Positions 17,136-25,819 of a stretch of 62,872 nt of DNA are shown in pieces. This DNA is from a virus (lineage: Duplodnaviria; Caudoviricetes). The translations under genes were made by a program, and so were the position numbers. Position 1 is the stretch's first letter, and each line of letters begins with the position of its first letter. Under the pieces are notes generated by a model. The model ran no database searches, was not told the DNA's origin, and saw only the letters and a list, made by a program, of their open reading frames with translations. Where the stretch lies: IMG/VR virus record IMGVR_UViG_3300037566_000044, positions 1 to 62,872 of that record; one strand, written 5' to 3'.

Positions 17136-17525
17136 TCAGAGCGGTTTGAACTTTGGACTGTCGAAAAGTGTCTCATATTGGTCGAGGGTAGGGCAGAGCA
17201 CATTCCAACTGAACCGAATTCGGTCAGAGGGAATAGACTCCATTCGGATCGTCTCGGACTCGGCATAATCCGGAATCCGATGAATCTTGCGCGCCTCACG
17301 GATGGTCATTTCCGCCCGACCGGTCAGCTTCTCGATACGGTCCAGCGCGACCTCGCACAAGCGCCGGGATGTAGGCAGCCAGAGCATGCTGCTCATACTG
17401 GCCACATCGGGGCCGTGTTTCAGGGTGCTCGCGGTTTCCTCAATGAACGCGACCTCGGCGGCTTCAGGATTTGCACCCTGAAGCTCACCAACCAGGCGGT
17501 CTTCGAAATAGACCTGGATCGTCAT
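17136..17525 (-). CDS. Hypothetical protein
   Basis: Coupled to the upstream kinase gene. Confidence 0.65.
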   Translation of the reverse strand: MTIQVYFEDRLVGELQGANPEAAEVAFIEETASTLKHGPDVASMSSMLWLPTSRRLCEVALDRIEKLTGRAEMTIREARKIHRIPDYAESETIRMESIPSDRIRFSWNVLCPTLDQYETLFDSPKFKPL

Positions 17526-18070
17526 TGCTCGATTACGTCCGAGATGCGCTCCAGCAGGCGGAGGAGGGCGTCGTCTTCGTGCAGACCTTCGGCCAGGCCG
17601 TCATTCAGGACGGTGTGATGCACGGCAGCTTTGGAATAGGTGTCGAATTCGTATTTGGAGGGGCCGGCTTCGGGATTGTCGATCTCAATCACGGTGGCGC
17701 CCAGATCGGCCCAGTAATGGCCTTGCTCGCGGCGGCAGGAGGCGAGCACGTATTTGGTGCCGGGCTTCATCTGGTTGTAGGCCATCAGCGGGATGATGTC
17801 GCCGCCGAACCTCTCTTCCAGCGCATTGCCCAGCTCTCCGAGGATCTCGCGCGCTTCAACCTCGCGGCCCAGCAGGTTGACGACTTCGGATTTGCCGGTT
17901 TGGGTGAACACCTGGTCTTCTGTCAGGTTTAACCATTTGACGGCGAATTCGCGCATGGGCAGGCCGTCATCCACTTGCTCATATCCAAAGGCTTCATGCA
18001 GCAGCTCGGCCGCGGTGGTTTTGCCTGAGTTGGGATTTCCGCAGAAGACGACGATATCGGGAAGGTTCAT
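17522..18070 (-). CDS. dNMP kinase-like P-loop protein
   Basis: GNPNSGKTT Walker A; RE.L..LG motif. Confidence 0.7.
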   Translation of the reverse strand: MNLPDIVVFCGNPNSGKTTAAELLHEAFGYEQVDDGLPMREFAVKWLNLTEDQVFTQTGKSEVVNLLGREVEAREILGELGNALEERFGGDIIPLMAYNQMKPGTKYVLASCRREQGHYWADLGATVIEIDNPEAGPSKYEFDTYSKAAVHHTVLNDGLAEGLHEDDALLRLLERISDVIEQ

Positions 18071-18188
18071 ATTGGGCTCTCTTGTTTAAGTAAGTGCTGA
18101 CTTACTTATAACGGAGAGATAAGTGATTGCTTACATTTCCGGAGAAGTTCTAGCTATGTGACTTTTTAGGCACATAGCTAGTTAGCTA

Positions 18189-19766
18189 TCAGGCGGCTTT
18201 TGCTTCGGAGAAGAGCGACCAATCGAAATCCTGGCCATCAGGCAGGATACCTTCGGCAAAGCCGGGCGTGCGCTGAACGATGCGCTTGCGCTGACCCTGG
18301 TGCTCCCGGAGGTAGGTGTTCAGGTTGCAGCTGTAATCGGCGATGAACGCGATGTTCGGGCCTTTCTTCTTGGCACGCAGGCCGCGGCCGATGCGCTGGC
18401 GCAGGGCAACCTCTGCCTTGCCACCGCCACAGAGCCCGACCAGGCCCACTGCAGGCACGTCAACACCGACATCGAGGATGGTGGTGCCGATAATGCCGTC
18501 CAGCTCGCCGGAGACGAGTTTCTGGATCTGGGCCTTGCGGTTCTTCATGTCATCCTCGCCGCGGAGGAACTCAAAGCGCAGCCCGTTGGTCTTCAGCACC
18601 TTCCGGAGCAGCTCGCCGTGGTTCTTCCTGGCCACCAGCAGCAGGGTAGGGAGCTTATACGTCGCGGCCATGCGACAATCCTTGACGATCTCGGCGTGCA
18701 TATTCGGGTTTTCCGTGAACCCGAACTTGAGGGCGCGCTCGTAGGGCGATGATTTGCGCAGCTTTTCATGCGGCTCGACATCGGCAAACTTGAAATAGGG
18801 CTTGGCCAGGATGCCGCGGGAGATCAGCAGATCCTCGGACACGTCGATCAGCACCGGGCCGAAGGCAGCCATCAGGCGCATGTTGTCGGCTGCAGAGGAG
18901 CGCATGAACGGTGTCGCGGTCAGAGCAACCCGGATCGTCGCATTCTTGCAGTGGCGCAGGATCTCGTAATAGGAGGTGCCGCCAACCTCGTGGGCCTCTT
19001 CCCCGATCACAACCTCGACCATCGACAGGAACTTGATGATGGCATTGCGCTTGCGCACCTTCTTGTCGAAGCGCTCCTGAGCGATCTTGGCGATCTCCTC
19101 GTAGGGCATGTTCTCGTCTTTGTCCTTGGCGGTATGGATCGACTTCACCACGGCCCGGTGCTCGACATCGAGGCTGGGCTCTTCCAGCGCCTGGACCAGG
19201 GTCTGCACCATGCCAAGGTTGATACCGCGCACCACCTTCATTTGACTGTCACCGATCACGCCGGAGTTGAATCCGATGTCATCCAGCTGGTCTTTCATCT
19301 GGTAAAGCAGAATTCCGCGCGTCGTCAGGAACAGGGTCATGCGCCGATAGCGCGCCATGATCAGTTTAGCGATCTTCGACTTACCGCCGCCGGTAGCGAC
19401 ACGAATGATGCCAGCCCCATGCTTTTCCACCTGGCGCAGCGCTTTGATCTGGAAATCATAGCGAGGATCGTCATTTCCGAACTCATCGACGATCGGGTTC
19501 TCCGGGCCGAGCGGTTCCGCATGCGGTTTCTGGATGATGTGAACGGTGTGTTCGAGCTTGGTCAGCTCCGCCTGCACAACATTGAGAAAGCCCGCCGGGA
19601 ATGTGCCCGTTGCTGCGTTGAAAAAGGAGCTCTTGCCGGAGAAGGAACCGAAGCCGCCTGACTCCACCTCATAGGAGAGCAGGGAGGTGACGAAATTCGC
19701 TACATTGGGCGGTGGGTCGATCAGCTTTGCAGCGACGGCGTTCCTCGCAATTTTGATGTTGGCCAA
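18189..19766 (-). CDS. Superfamily II DNA helicase
   Basis: ATGGGKS, EEAH, LTATP, GVDVP and QRIGRGLR motifs. Confidence 0.92.
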   Translation of the reverse strand: MANIKIARNAVAAKLIDPPPNVANFVTSLLSYEVESGGFGSFSGKSSFFNAATGTFPAGFLNVVQAELTKLEHTVHIIQKPHAEPLGPENPIVDEFGNDDPRYDFQIKALRQVEKHGAGIIRVATGGGKSKIAKLIMARYRRMTLFLTTRGILLYQMKDQLDDIGFNSGVIGDSQMKVVRGINLGMVQTLVQALEEPSLDVEHRAVVKSIHTAKDKDENMPYEEIAKIAQERFDKKVRKRNAIIKFLSMVEVVIGEEAHEVGGTSYYEILRHCKNATIRVALTATPFMRSSAADNMRLMAAFGPVLIDVSEDLLISRGILAKPYFKFADVEPHEKLRKSSPYERALKFGFTENPNMHAEIVKDCRMAATYKLPTLLLVARKNHGELLRKVLKTNGLRFEFLRGEDDMKNRKAQIQKLVSGELDGIIGTTILDVGVDVPAVGLVGLCGGGKAEVALRQRIGRGLRAKKKGPNIAFIADYSCNLNTYLREHQGQRKRIVQRTPGFAEGILPDGQDFDWSLFSEAKAA

Positions 19767-19850
19767 ATCTAAGGTTCCTTTTTGGTTGCAATGGGAGCTT
19801 TCGTTCGTCTATATGATAAGTAATTGCTTACTTAAACGGAATATCTGTTG

Positions 19851-20600
19851 ATGCCCGAAGTTCAATATCTCACCGTGTCGGTGAGCGAGCTGCGCAAGAA
19901 CCCCTGGAACTCGAACCAGGTGAGCGCAGAAAACGAGGCCAAGATCCGCGAGTCGATCAAGCGGAATGGCATCTTCAAGCCGATCATTGTCCGGGAAGTT
20001 GAAGGGCAGGGCGGTTACGAGATCATTGGCGGTGAACACCGCTGGGAACAGGCCGCCGAACTGGGTCATACCGAAGTGCCCATCGCCAATCTCGGAACGA
20101 TCGATGACCGGCGCGCAAAAGAGATCGGTGTCATCGACAATGCCCGCTACGGGATCGACGACACGCTCAGCCTGGGCGAAATCCTGAAGGATATCGGCGC
20201 TGACGATCTGCAAGATTACCTCCCTTATGGTGACACCGATCTGCAAGCGATCTTCTCTGCTTCTGATATAGCGCTGGATGATCTGGATATTGATGAATCC
20301 TTCGAAAAACCCTCTGAAAATGAAGAGGAAAACGAAGAACCCATCGAAAAGCCCGCCAAAACGCACACCGTGATGCGCTACAAGTGCTCTCTGGGCGATG
20401 CCGAGCGTCTGACAGCGCTGATTGCGCGCACCCAGAAAGAGCAGGGCCTGACGACATCAGACGACCTGACGAACGCCGGGGATGCTCTGGTCTTCTTGCT
20501 GAGCGCGCACCTGGCGCCGGCCGCGTCGAATTCCGATCCGGAATCACTGGAAAACATCAATGCCGAGCTCGATGCCATCGATGCCGGAGCTGAGGAGTAA
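19851..20600 (+). CDS. ParB/sulfiredoxin N-terminal domain protein 1
   Basis: NPWN...SI...G..KPIIVR...IIGGEHRW motif; acidic tail. Confidence 0.85.
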   Translation: MPEVQYLTVSVSELRKNPWNSNQVSAENEAKIRESIKRNGIFKPIIVREVEGQGGYEIIGGEHRWEQAAELGHTEVPIANLGTIDDRRAKEIGVIDNARYGIDDTLSLGEILKDIGADDLQDYLPYGDTDLQAIFSASDIALDDLDIDESFEKPSENEEENEEPIEKPAKTHTVMRYKCSLGDAERLTALIARTQKEQGLTTSDDLTNAGDALVFLLSAHLAPAASNSDPESLENINAELDAIDAGAEE

Positions 20601-20604
20601 ACCC

Positions 20605-21294
20605 TTGTCAAATACTGAAGCCCCGTCACTGGCCATTGAGATCTGGGAAACCGAGAAACTGGTTCCTTACGAGCTCAACGCCAAGAAACACCCCCAGGAA
20701 CAGGTCGAGAAGCTCGCCAAGCTGATCCAGAAGTCCGGCTGGACCCAGCCGATCGTGGTCTGGACCAATGGTGAGATCATCGCCGGTCACGGCCGCCGGC
20801 TGGCCGCGCTGCATCTGGGCCTGAAGAAGGTTCCGGTCGTTGTGCGCTCGGATCTCAGCAAGGCCGAGGCAGATGCGCTGCGTCTGGCGGATAACCGGGT
20901 CACCTCGACCGAGTATGACCAGGGCATGATCCAGGACGAGCTGCGCCGGCTGTCCGACGAGCTGGCAGGGGCCAATATCGAGATTGGCGATCTGGGCTTT
21001 GACGCCAAGGAGCTCGACTTCTCGCTCTCAAACCTGGGCGAGATCGATGACAGCTTCTTCACCGAAGATGTCGGCGAGGCGGTGGAAGAGCAGCGCAAGG
21101 AAAACGAAGCCTCGATCGAGGAGACCGATCAGACGGCCGCCCCGGTCGGTGATGCACTGGGCTTCAAGCGCGTGAGCGTGATGCAGTCGCGCGCGATCCG
21201 CTCCTACATGGCCAAAATCGAAGCCGAGACCGGCGAGACCGGGCCGGATGCGTTGCTGGACTTCTTCAAGTCGAAGCTGGGAGATGCCGCGTGA
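20605..21294 (+). CDS. ParB/sulfiredoxin N-terminal domain protein 2
   Basis: PY..NAK.H...GWTQPI...IIAGHGR..AA...RLADNR; TTG start after GAGGAG. Confidence 0.85.
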   Translation: MSNTEAPSLAIEIWETEKLVPYELNAKKHPQEQVEKLAKLIQKSGWTQPIVVWTNGEIIAGHGRRLAALHLGLKKVPVVVRSDLSKAEADALRLADNRVTSTEYDQGMIQDELRRLSDELAGANIEIGDLGFDAKELDFSLSNLGEIDDSFFTEDVGEAVEEQRKENEASIEETDQTAAPVGDALGFKRVSVMQSRAIRSYMAKIEAETGETGPDALLDFFKSKLGDAA

Positions 21295-21698
21295 CCGATA
21301 ATGTCGTGCGTCTGGGCACCGGCCAGTCCCTCGCCGAGGAAAACGCCGAGTATGAACGTGTCCTGGCGGCGCATCAGGAACATCTGGATGAGGCCGCCGA
21401 GGCGCATCACAAGAACCTGCTGACGCTGCTGGACAACACGCGCGCCCTGGTGGAGGCCGGAAAGCTCGACGGGCTCTGTATCGCCGGGCGCAACCCGGAG
21501 AACGGCACCTTCATGTCCGTGATCACCCTGAACACCTCTGACACGCGCGTTGATACCTATCACGCCTATGCCGGTGTTCTGGGCTCGATGCAGCAAGACG
21601 TGAGCGACCTGGCCTGTTCCGGGCCGTTCATGAACTCCGACGGCTCGTATTTCGCCATCGGCAATCCCGAAATGGATATTCTGGGAGAGGAAGAATGA
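21291..21698 (+). CDS. Hypothetical protein
   Basis: Coupled ORF within the module. Confidence 0.7.
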   Translation: MTDNVVRLGTGQSLAEENAEYERVLAAHQEHLDEAAEAHHKNLLTLLDNTRALVEAGKLDGLCIAGRNPENGTFMSVITLNTSDTRVDTYHAYAGVLGSMQQDVSDLACSGPFMNSDGSYFAIGNPEMDILGEEE

Positions 21699-22339
21699 CC
21701 GATTACACCATCTCGCGCGCCTTCACGTCCTCTGTTGAGCGCACGCCGCGTGTTCTGGAGATCGCAGAGGGCTTCGGTCTGGGTCTGACCGACAAGGAAT
21801 TCGTGATCTACGACAACCTGAATATCGCAATCGAGCCTTCAGATGTCGTTTATATCACCGGACAGTCCGGATCGGGCAAATCGCTCTTGCTGCGCGATCT
21901 GGTTTCCCGTATGCGCGCCGACGGCTTGAAGGTTGCGGATCTGAACGAGATCGAACTGGAAGACCGGCCTGTTATTGAATTGGTCGGTGAAACCACCACT
22001 CACGCAACGGAGTTGCTGGCGAAAGCCGGCATCTCCGACGCCTGGATCTACATCCGAAAACCCTCTGAACTCTCGGACGGCCAGCGCTACCGCCTGAAAC
22101 TGGCGAAAGTGATGGAATCTGACGCCGATGTCTGGGTGGCGGATGAGTTTGGCGCCGTTCTGGACCGGGAGACAGCCAAGGTTGTGGCCTTCAACATGCA
22201 GAAGGTTGCCCGGCGTGAAGGTAAGACCCTGATGGTTGCCACCACCCACACCGACCTGCGCGAGGAGCTCGGGCCGAACCTGATGATCATCAAGCGGTTC
22301 CAGGAGCGCGTGGATGTCGAGGTGGATCATGCAGCTTAA
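21695..22339 (+). CDS. Stand-alone ABC-type ATPase
   Basis: GQSGSGKS, LSDGQ signature, WVADEF, TTH; no membrane partner nearby. Confidence 0.88.
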   Translation: MTDYTISRAFTSSVERTPRVLEIAEGFGLGLTDKEFVIYDNLNIAIEPSDVVYITGQSGSGKSLLLRDLVSRMRADGLKVADLNEIELEDRPVIELVGETTTHATELLAKAGISDAWIYIRKPSELSDGQRYRLKLAKVMESDADVWVADEFGAVLDRETAKVVAFNMQKVARREGKTLMVATTHTDLREELGPNLMIIKRFQERVDVEVDHAA

Positions 22340-22553
22340 AGTCGAGATCCACCGCAACGAGACCAGCCAGCCGATCGTCTACCGCGAGGCTGACAATGCC
22401 TACACCAAGGGCGAGATGTATTGCGTTCTGATGGGCGGGGAAGTGCATAAATACCCGCTGTCATCGATCTTTCGCGTGATCGAAACAAAAGAGCCCAGCA
22501 GAAGCTCTGCCGCGATAGAGCAGGCGCTCAGAGCAAGCGCAGGGAGCGCATAA
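22329..22553 (+). CDS. Small hypothetical protein
   Basis: ORF between the ATPase and the GNAT. Confidence 0.55.
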   Translation: MQLKVEIHRNETSQPIVYREADNAYTKGEMYCVLMGGEVHKYPLSSIFRVIETKEPSRSSAAIEQALRASAGSA

Positions 22554-22555
22554 AC

Positions 22556-23431
22556 GTGACTTCTGACACCGAGACACTGATCGAACGCTTTGACGCTCCC
22601 TGCGCGCGTTTTTCGCTTGCGGATGAGATGTTCGTGGAGCGCGGCACCAAGGATGACTGGGATCTGCTGCACAACCTCCATTACAAGGCAGAAAAGCTGC
22701 CGATCGGGCCGCGGTTCTGGCGGCTTGATCTGCGTGGCAACACCATTGGCGTTCTGGTCACCGGGACGCCCAAGGGCATGCTGCGCGAACGGCATATGGT
22801 GTTTCCAAATCTCAAGCCCGGCTCCGGCGAGACCCGACTGACCAACACCAACCGCTATCACTACATCAATGCCAATTTCCGGGTGATCTCGCGTTTCGTG
22901 ATCGACACGATGTATCGCGGCATCGGCGCTGGCTACAAGATGATGAACCTGGTCTCGCGCATGGAGTGTAACACCTTCATGGAGATCCAGTCTTCGATGT
23001 CCAAGTTCAATGCTTTCGGCCAGAAAGCAGGGTTCAAATTCGTCAAGCCGATGAATGCGAACAACTACGACAAGGTGATGAAATTCTTCCGCATGAATTT
23101 CTCTGCCTCGCCGCAGGATTTCGAAGCGATCATCCAGGAGATCGAAAGCAAGCCGGAGGCTGAGCGCGCCAAGCTGGCGGAGCTGTGCAAGGATTTCTAC
23201 TTCCGCAACTCTGCGATGGAGAACACCTCCAACGGTGGGGCTGCGATGGACCGCCGCCGCGAGGCCATGACAACCCGGGAGGTCGTCAAAGGTATCCAGC
23301 AGATCGGGCTTAGCTCGCCGATGTATGGCATTTGGAAATGTCCTGATCCGAAAGGCTCCGTGCCGGACAAGCTGCCGCTGACTGCCTTCGATTGTCAGAA
23401 ACCGAATGAAAGGCTGAAATGGCATGGCTAG
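22556..23431 (+). CDS. GNAT-fold acyltransferase (Mom-like)
   Basis: LHY motif; ISRFVIDTMYRGIGAG acyl-CoA binding motif. Confidence 0.75.
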   Translation: MTSDTETLIERFDAPCARFSLADEMFVERGTKDDWDLLHNLHYKAEKLPIGPRFWRLDLRGNTIGVLVTGTPKGMLRERHMVFPNLKPGSGETRLTNTNRYHYINANFRVISRFVIDTMYRGIGAGYKMMNLVSRMECNTFMEIQSSMSKFNAFGQKAGFKFVKPMNANNYDKVMKFFRMNFSASPQDFEAIIQEIESKPEAERAKLAELCKDFYFRNSAMENTSNGGAAMDRRREAMTTREVVKGIQQIGLSSPMYGIWKCPDPKGSVPDKLPLTAFDCQKPNERLKWHG

Positions 23432-23693
23432 ACCGGTGCGTTTGACCCAGAAGCAAAAGAACATCATGGGCCTGATCTTGCAGAAAGCAGGGCAGGGCAC
23501 CTTCCTGACCGTGAAAGAACTGCATGAAGCGGTGAGCCACGGTGACGGGTGCAGCTACGGTGCGATCCGGAAGAGCCTCGATGTGCTTGAGAATGCCAGC
23601 ATGATCGTGCGAGAGCGCCGATCCGGTGAGAACACGAAAGAAGTGAAACCGACCCAACAGGGATATGACTGGTTCAGACCACTCCGGGATTGA
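23424..23693 (+). CDS. Winged-helix DNA-binding protein
   Basis: LT.KQ..I..LI...LTV.EL...S.GAIR.SL..LE...I pattern. Confidence 0.75.
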   Translation: MARPVRLTQKQKNIMGLILQKAGQGTFLTVKELHEAVSHGDGCSYGAIRKSLDVLENASMIVRERRSGENTKEVKPTQQGYDWFRPLRD

Positions 23694-23700
23694 ATGATTT

Positions 23701-23776
23701 CCGGAACCGTTTCTCTACATATATTCTATACTATAAGTATTTACTTACTTACTATATAGTAGAGAGACGGTTCCGG
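23701..23776. repeat. 18-bp inverted repeat enclosing a 40-bp AT-rich spacer, upstream of terS
   Basis: CCGGAACCGTTTCTCTAC / GTAGAGAGACGGTTCCGG (17/18 complementary). Confidence 0.85.
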
Positions 23777-23795
23777 GAAATCCTGACGACAAGGT

Positions 23796-24443
23796 ATGGA
23801 AATGAGTGAAGAAACGAAACCTTCCGGAACGGAAACAAGCTCCGGTGATCGCATGACTGATGCGGATTTCGCATCCGCACGCGAACGCTATGAGCTGGGC
23901 ACAGCCACGCTTGTCGAGCTGGCCGAGGAATACAAGGTTTCGCGCCAGGCCCTGTCGAAGCGGTTCAAGAATAACGGCGTCAAGAAGGGCTCCCGGGCGC
24001 ACGAGGTCAAGGCGGCGACAGGGGAGGGCGTCAAGAAGGCTGCAGAGGCGGCTGCAGCGGCTCAGGAGCGCTTCCAGGACAAACGCGCGGAGTGGATTGA
24101 GGAAACCCGGCTTCAGGGCTTTCAGGCGCTTAAACAGGCGCGTTTGATCGGACAGAAAGCCGTCGTCGATGAGATGAAGGCTGGCGGCAGCATCGAGCGG
24201 ATCGATGGATCGCTGAAAGCGCTCGGCCGCTACAACAAACTCCTGATCGACAACCTCGACGCAACGCTCCGGTTGCTGAACTCCGATGAGCACATCGATG
24301 AGGAAGATCTGCCGAACCTGATCGTCGAGGATCTGACCGACGAGGAAATTCTCCAGCACCACAAGAACACCGGGGCGCTTCCTGAAGACGCCACCGTGGA
24401 GGAGATGCTGGCTGACGAGATCGAAATCGACGGGGTGTCCTAA
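23796..24443 (+). CDS. Terminase small subunit (putative)
   Basis: N-terminal HTH; TAATG-coupled to terL. Confidence 0.75.
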   Translation: MEMSEETKPSGTETSSGDRMTDADFASARERYELGTATLVELAEEYKVSRQALSKRFKNNGVKKGSRAHEVKAATGEGVKKAAEAAAAAQERFQDKRAEWIEETRLQGFQALKQARLIGQKAVVDEMKAGGSIERIDGSLKALGRYNKLLIDNLDATLRLLNSDEHIDEEDLPNLIVEDLTDEEILQHHKNTGALPEDATVEEMLADEIEIDGVS

Positions 24444-25768
24444 TGGCGGTCTCCGTCGCAGAAGCCAAGCCGAAGCCGTTTGAGAACCCGTTTCCGAAGC
24501 CGAAGAAACGGCAGGCGCTCAAACTGCACCGGTTCCAGAAGATCGTTCACCGGGATCAGACACGTTTCCGGGTGATCGTTGCCGGCCGCCGCTGGGGTAA
24601 AACTCAGCTGGCGCGGATCTCACTGGTCATGGCCGCGGCGAAGAAGCGAAACCAGCTCGTCTGGTATGTGGCGCCGACCTACCAGATGGCGCGCGACATT
24701 CTGTGGGACGAACTGCGTGCCTCGATCCCGCGTGCCTGGATCAAGAAGACAAACGAAACCCGGATGGAGATCAAGCTGGTCAACGGCTCGAAGATCGCCC
24801 TGAAGGGTGCCGACAAGCCGGACACGCTCCGCGGTGTTGGTCTGAACTTCGTGGTCATCGACGAGGCGCAGGACATCAAAGAAGAAACCTGGGAGATGGT
24901 TCTGCAGCCGACCCTGGCGACCACGCATGGTAACGCCATCTTCATCGGCACGCCCAAATCCTACAACTGGCTCTATGACCGCTACATTCTGGGTCAGCGC
25001 TCCCGGATCGTGAAGGATGCGCGCGGCCGGGATGTGGCCAACGAGTGGATGAGCTGGCAGTTCCCGACCATCACCTCGCCGTTCATTCCGCGGCAGGAGA
25101 TCGAGGCCCGCCGGCGCGATATGGACCCGAAATCCTTCCGCCAGGAATTCGAGGCCAGCTTCGAGACCATGTCCGGCCGGGTCTACTACCAGTTCGACCG
25201 CAACATCCATGTCGGCGACTATGCCTTCAATCCGCACCTGCCGATCTATATCGGCATGGACTTCAACATCGACCCGATGTCGGCCATCATCTGCCAGGAG
25301 CAGGCCAATGGCGAGATCTGGATCGTGGATGAATGCGTGCTCTACGGATCGAACGCGCAGGAGACAGCCGACGAGCTGGCCCGACGCTATTACAAATACA
25401 TGGATCAGATTTCGATCTATCCTGACCCTGCAGGCAGTAACAGAAACCACGACCGCGGTGAAAGCTCGCTCGACATCTTGCGCGAGGCAGGGTTCGACAA
25501 TCTCTATTACAAGGCCAAGCACCCGCTGGTTATGGATCGTGTGAACGCGGTGAACCGGGTGATGCGCGCAGCCGATGATTCCATCATGCTGCGTGTCAAT
25601 CAGAACTGCCGGAAATTCATCGATAGCGCAGAGCAGACGATCTACAAGCCCGGGACGCGCGAGGTTGATAAGAGCCAAGGCACAGAGCACGCAATGGATG
25701 CGTTCGGCTATTACATCGACTATCGGCACCCGATGCGGAAGGTGGATATTCTCGGGGTTTCCATTTGA
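24443..25768 (+). CDS. terL: Terminase large subunit
   Basis: AGRRWGKT, VIDE, GTP; GMDFN...D..H.MDA nuclease motifs. Confidence 0.95.
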   Translation: MAVSVAEAKPKPFENPFPKPKKRQALKLHRFQKIVHRDQTRFRVIVAGRRWGKTQLARISLVMAAAKKRNQLVWYVAPTYQMARDILWDELRASIPRAWIKKTNETRMEIKLVNGSKIALKGADKPDTLRGVGLNFVVIDEAQDIKEETWEMVLQPTLATTHGNAIFIGTPKSYNWLYDRYILGQRSRIVKDARGRDVANEWMSWQFPTITSPFIPRQEIEARRRDMDPKSFRQEFEASFETMSGRVYYQFDRNIHVGDYAFNPHLPIYIGMDFNIDPMSAIICQEQANGEIWIVDECVLYGSNAQETADELARRYYKYMDQISIYPDPAGSNRNHDRGESSLDILREAGFDNLYYKAKHPLVMDRVNAVNRVMRAADDSIMLRVNQNCRKFIDSAEQTIYKPGTREVDKSQGTEHAMDAFGYYIDYRHPMRKVDILGVSI

Positions 25769-25819
25769 TCTTGCATATAAGTAACGATTTACTTATTATT
25801 CAGCGAGAAAGGAACCTTC

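Larger units (their letters stand above)
12116..18190. repeat. Dispersed arrays of 8-bp-phased TRGCYA-NN repeats (putative type Ib centromere sites)
   Basis: Arrays start at 12116, 12715, 13721, 14049, 15102, 15625, 16144, 17079 and 18151; an outlier lies at 3973. Confidence 0.75.

Noticed and set aside
19851-21294. Partition ParB proteins for the ParA
   Set aside because: Not linked to parA and no obvious HTH; parA already has a coupled RHH adaptor and repeat arrays
21695-22339. ABC transporter
   Set aside because: No transmembrane or substrate-binding partner; the context is ParB/GNAT/terminase
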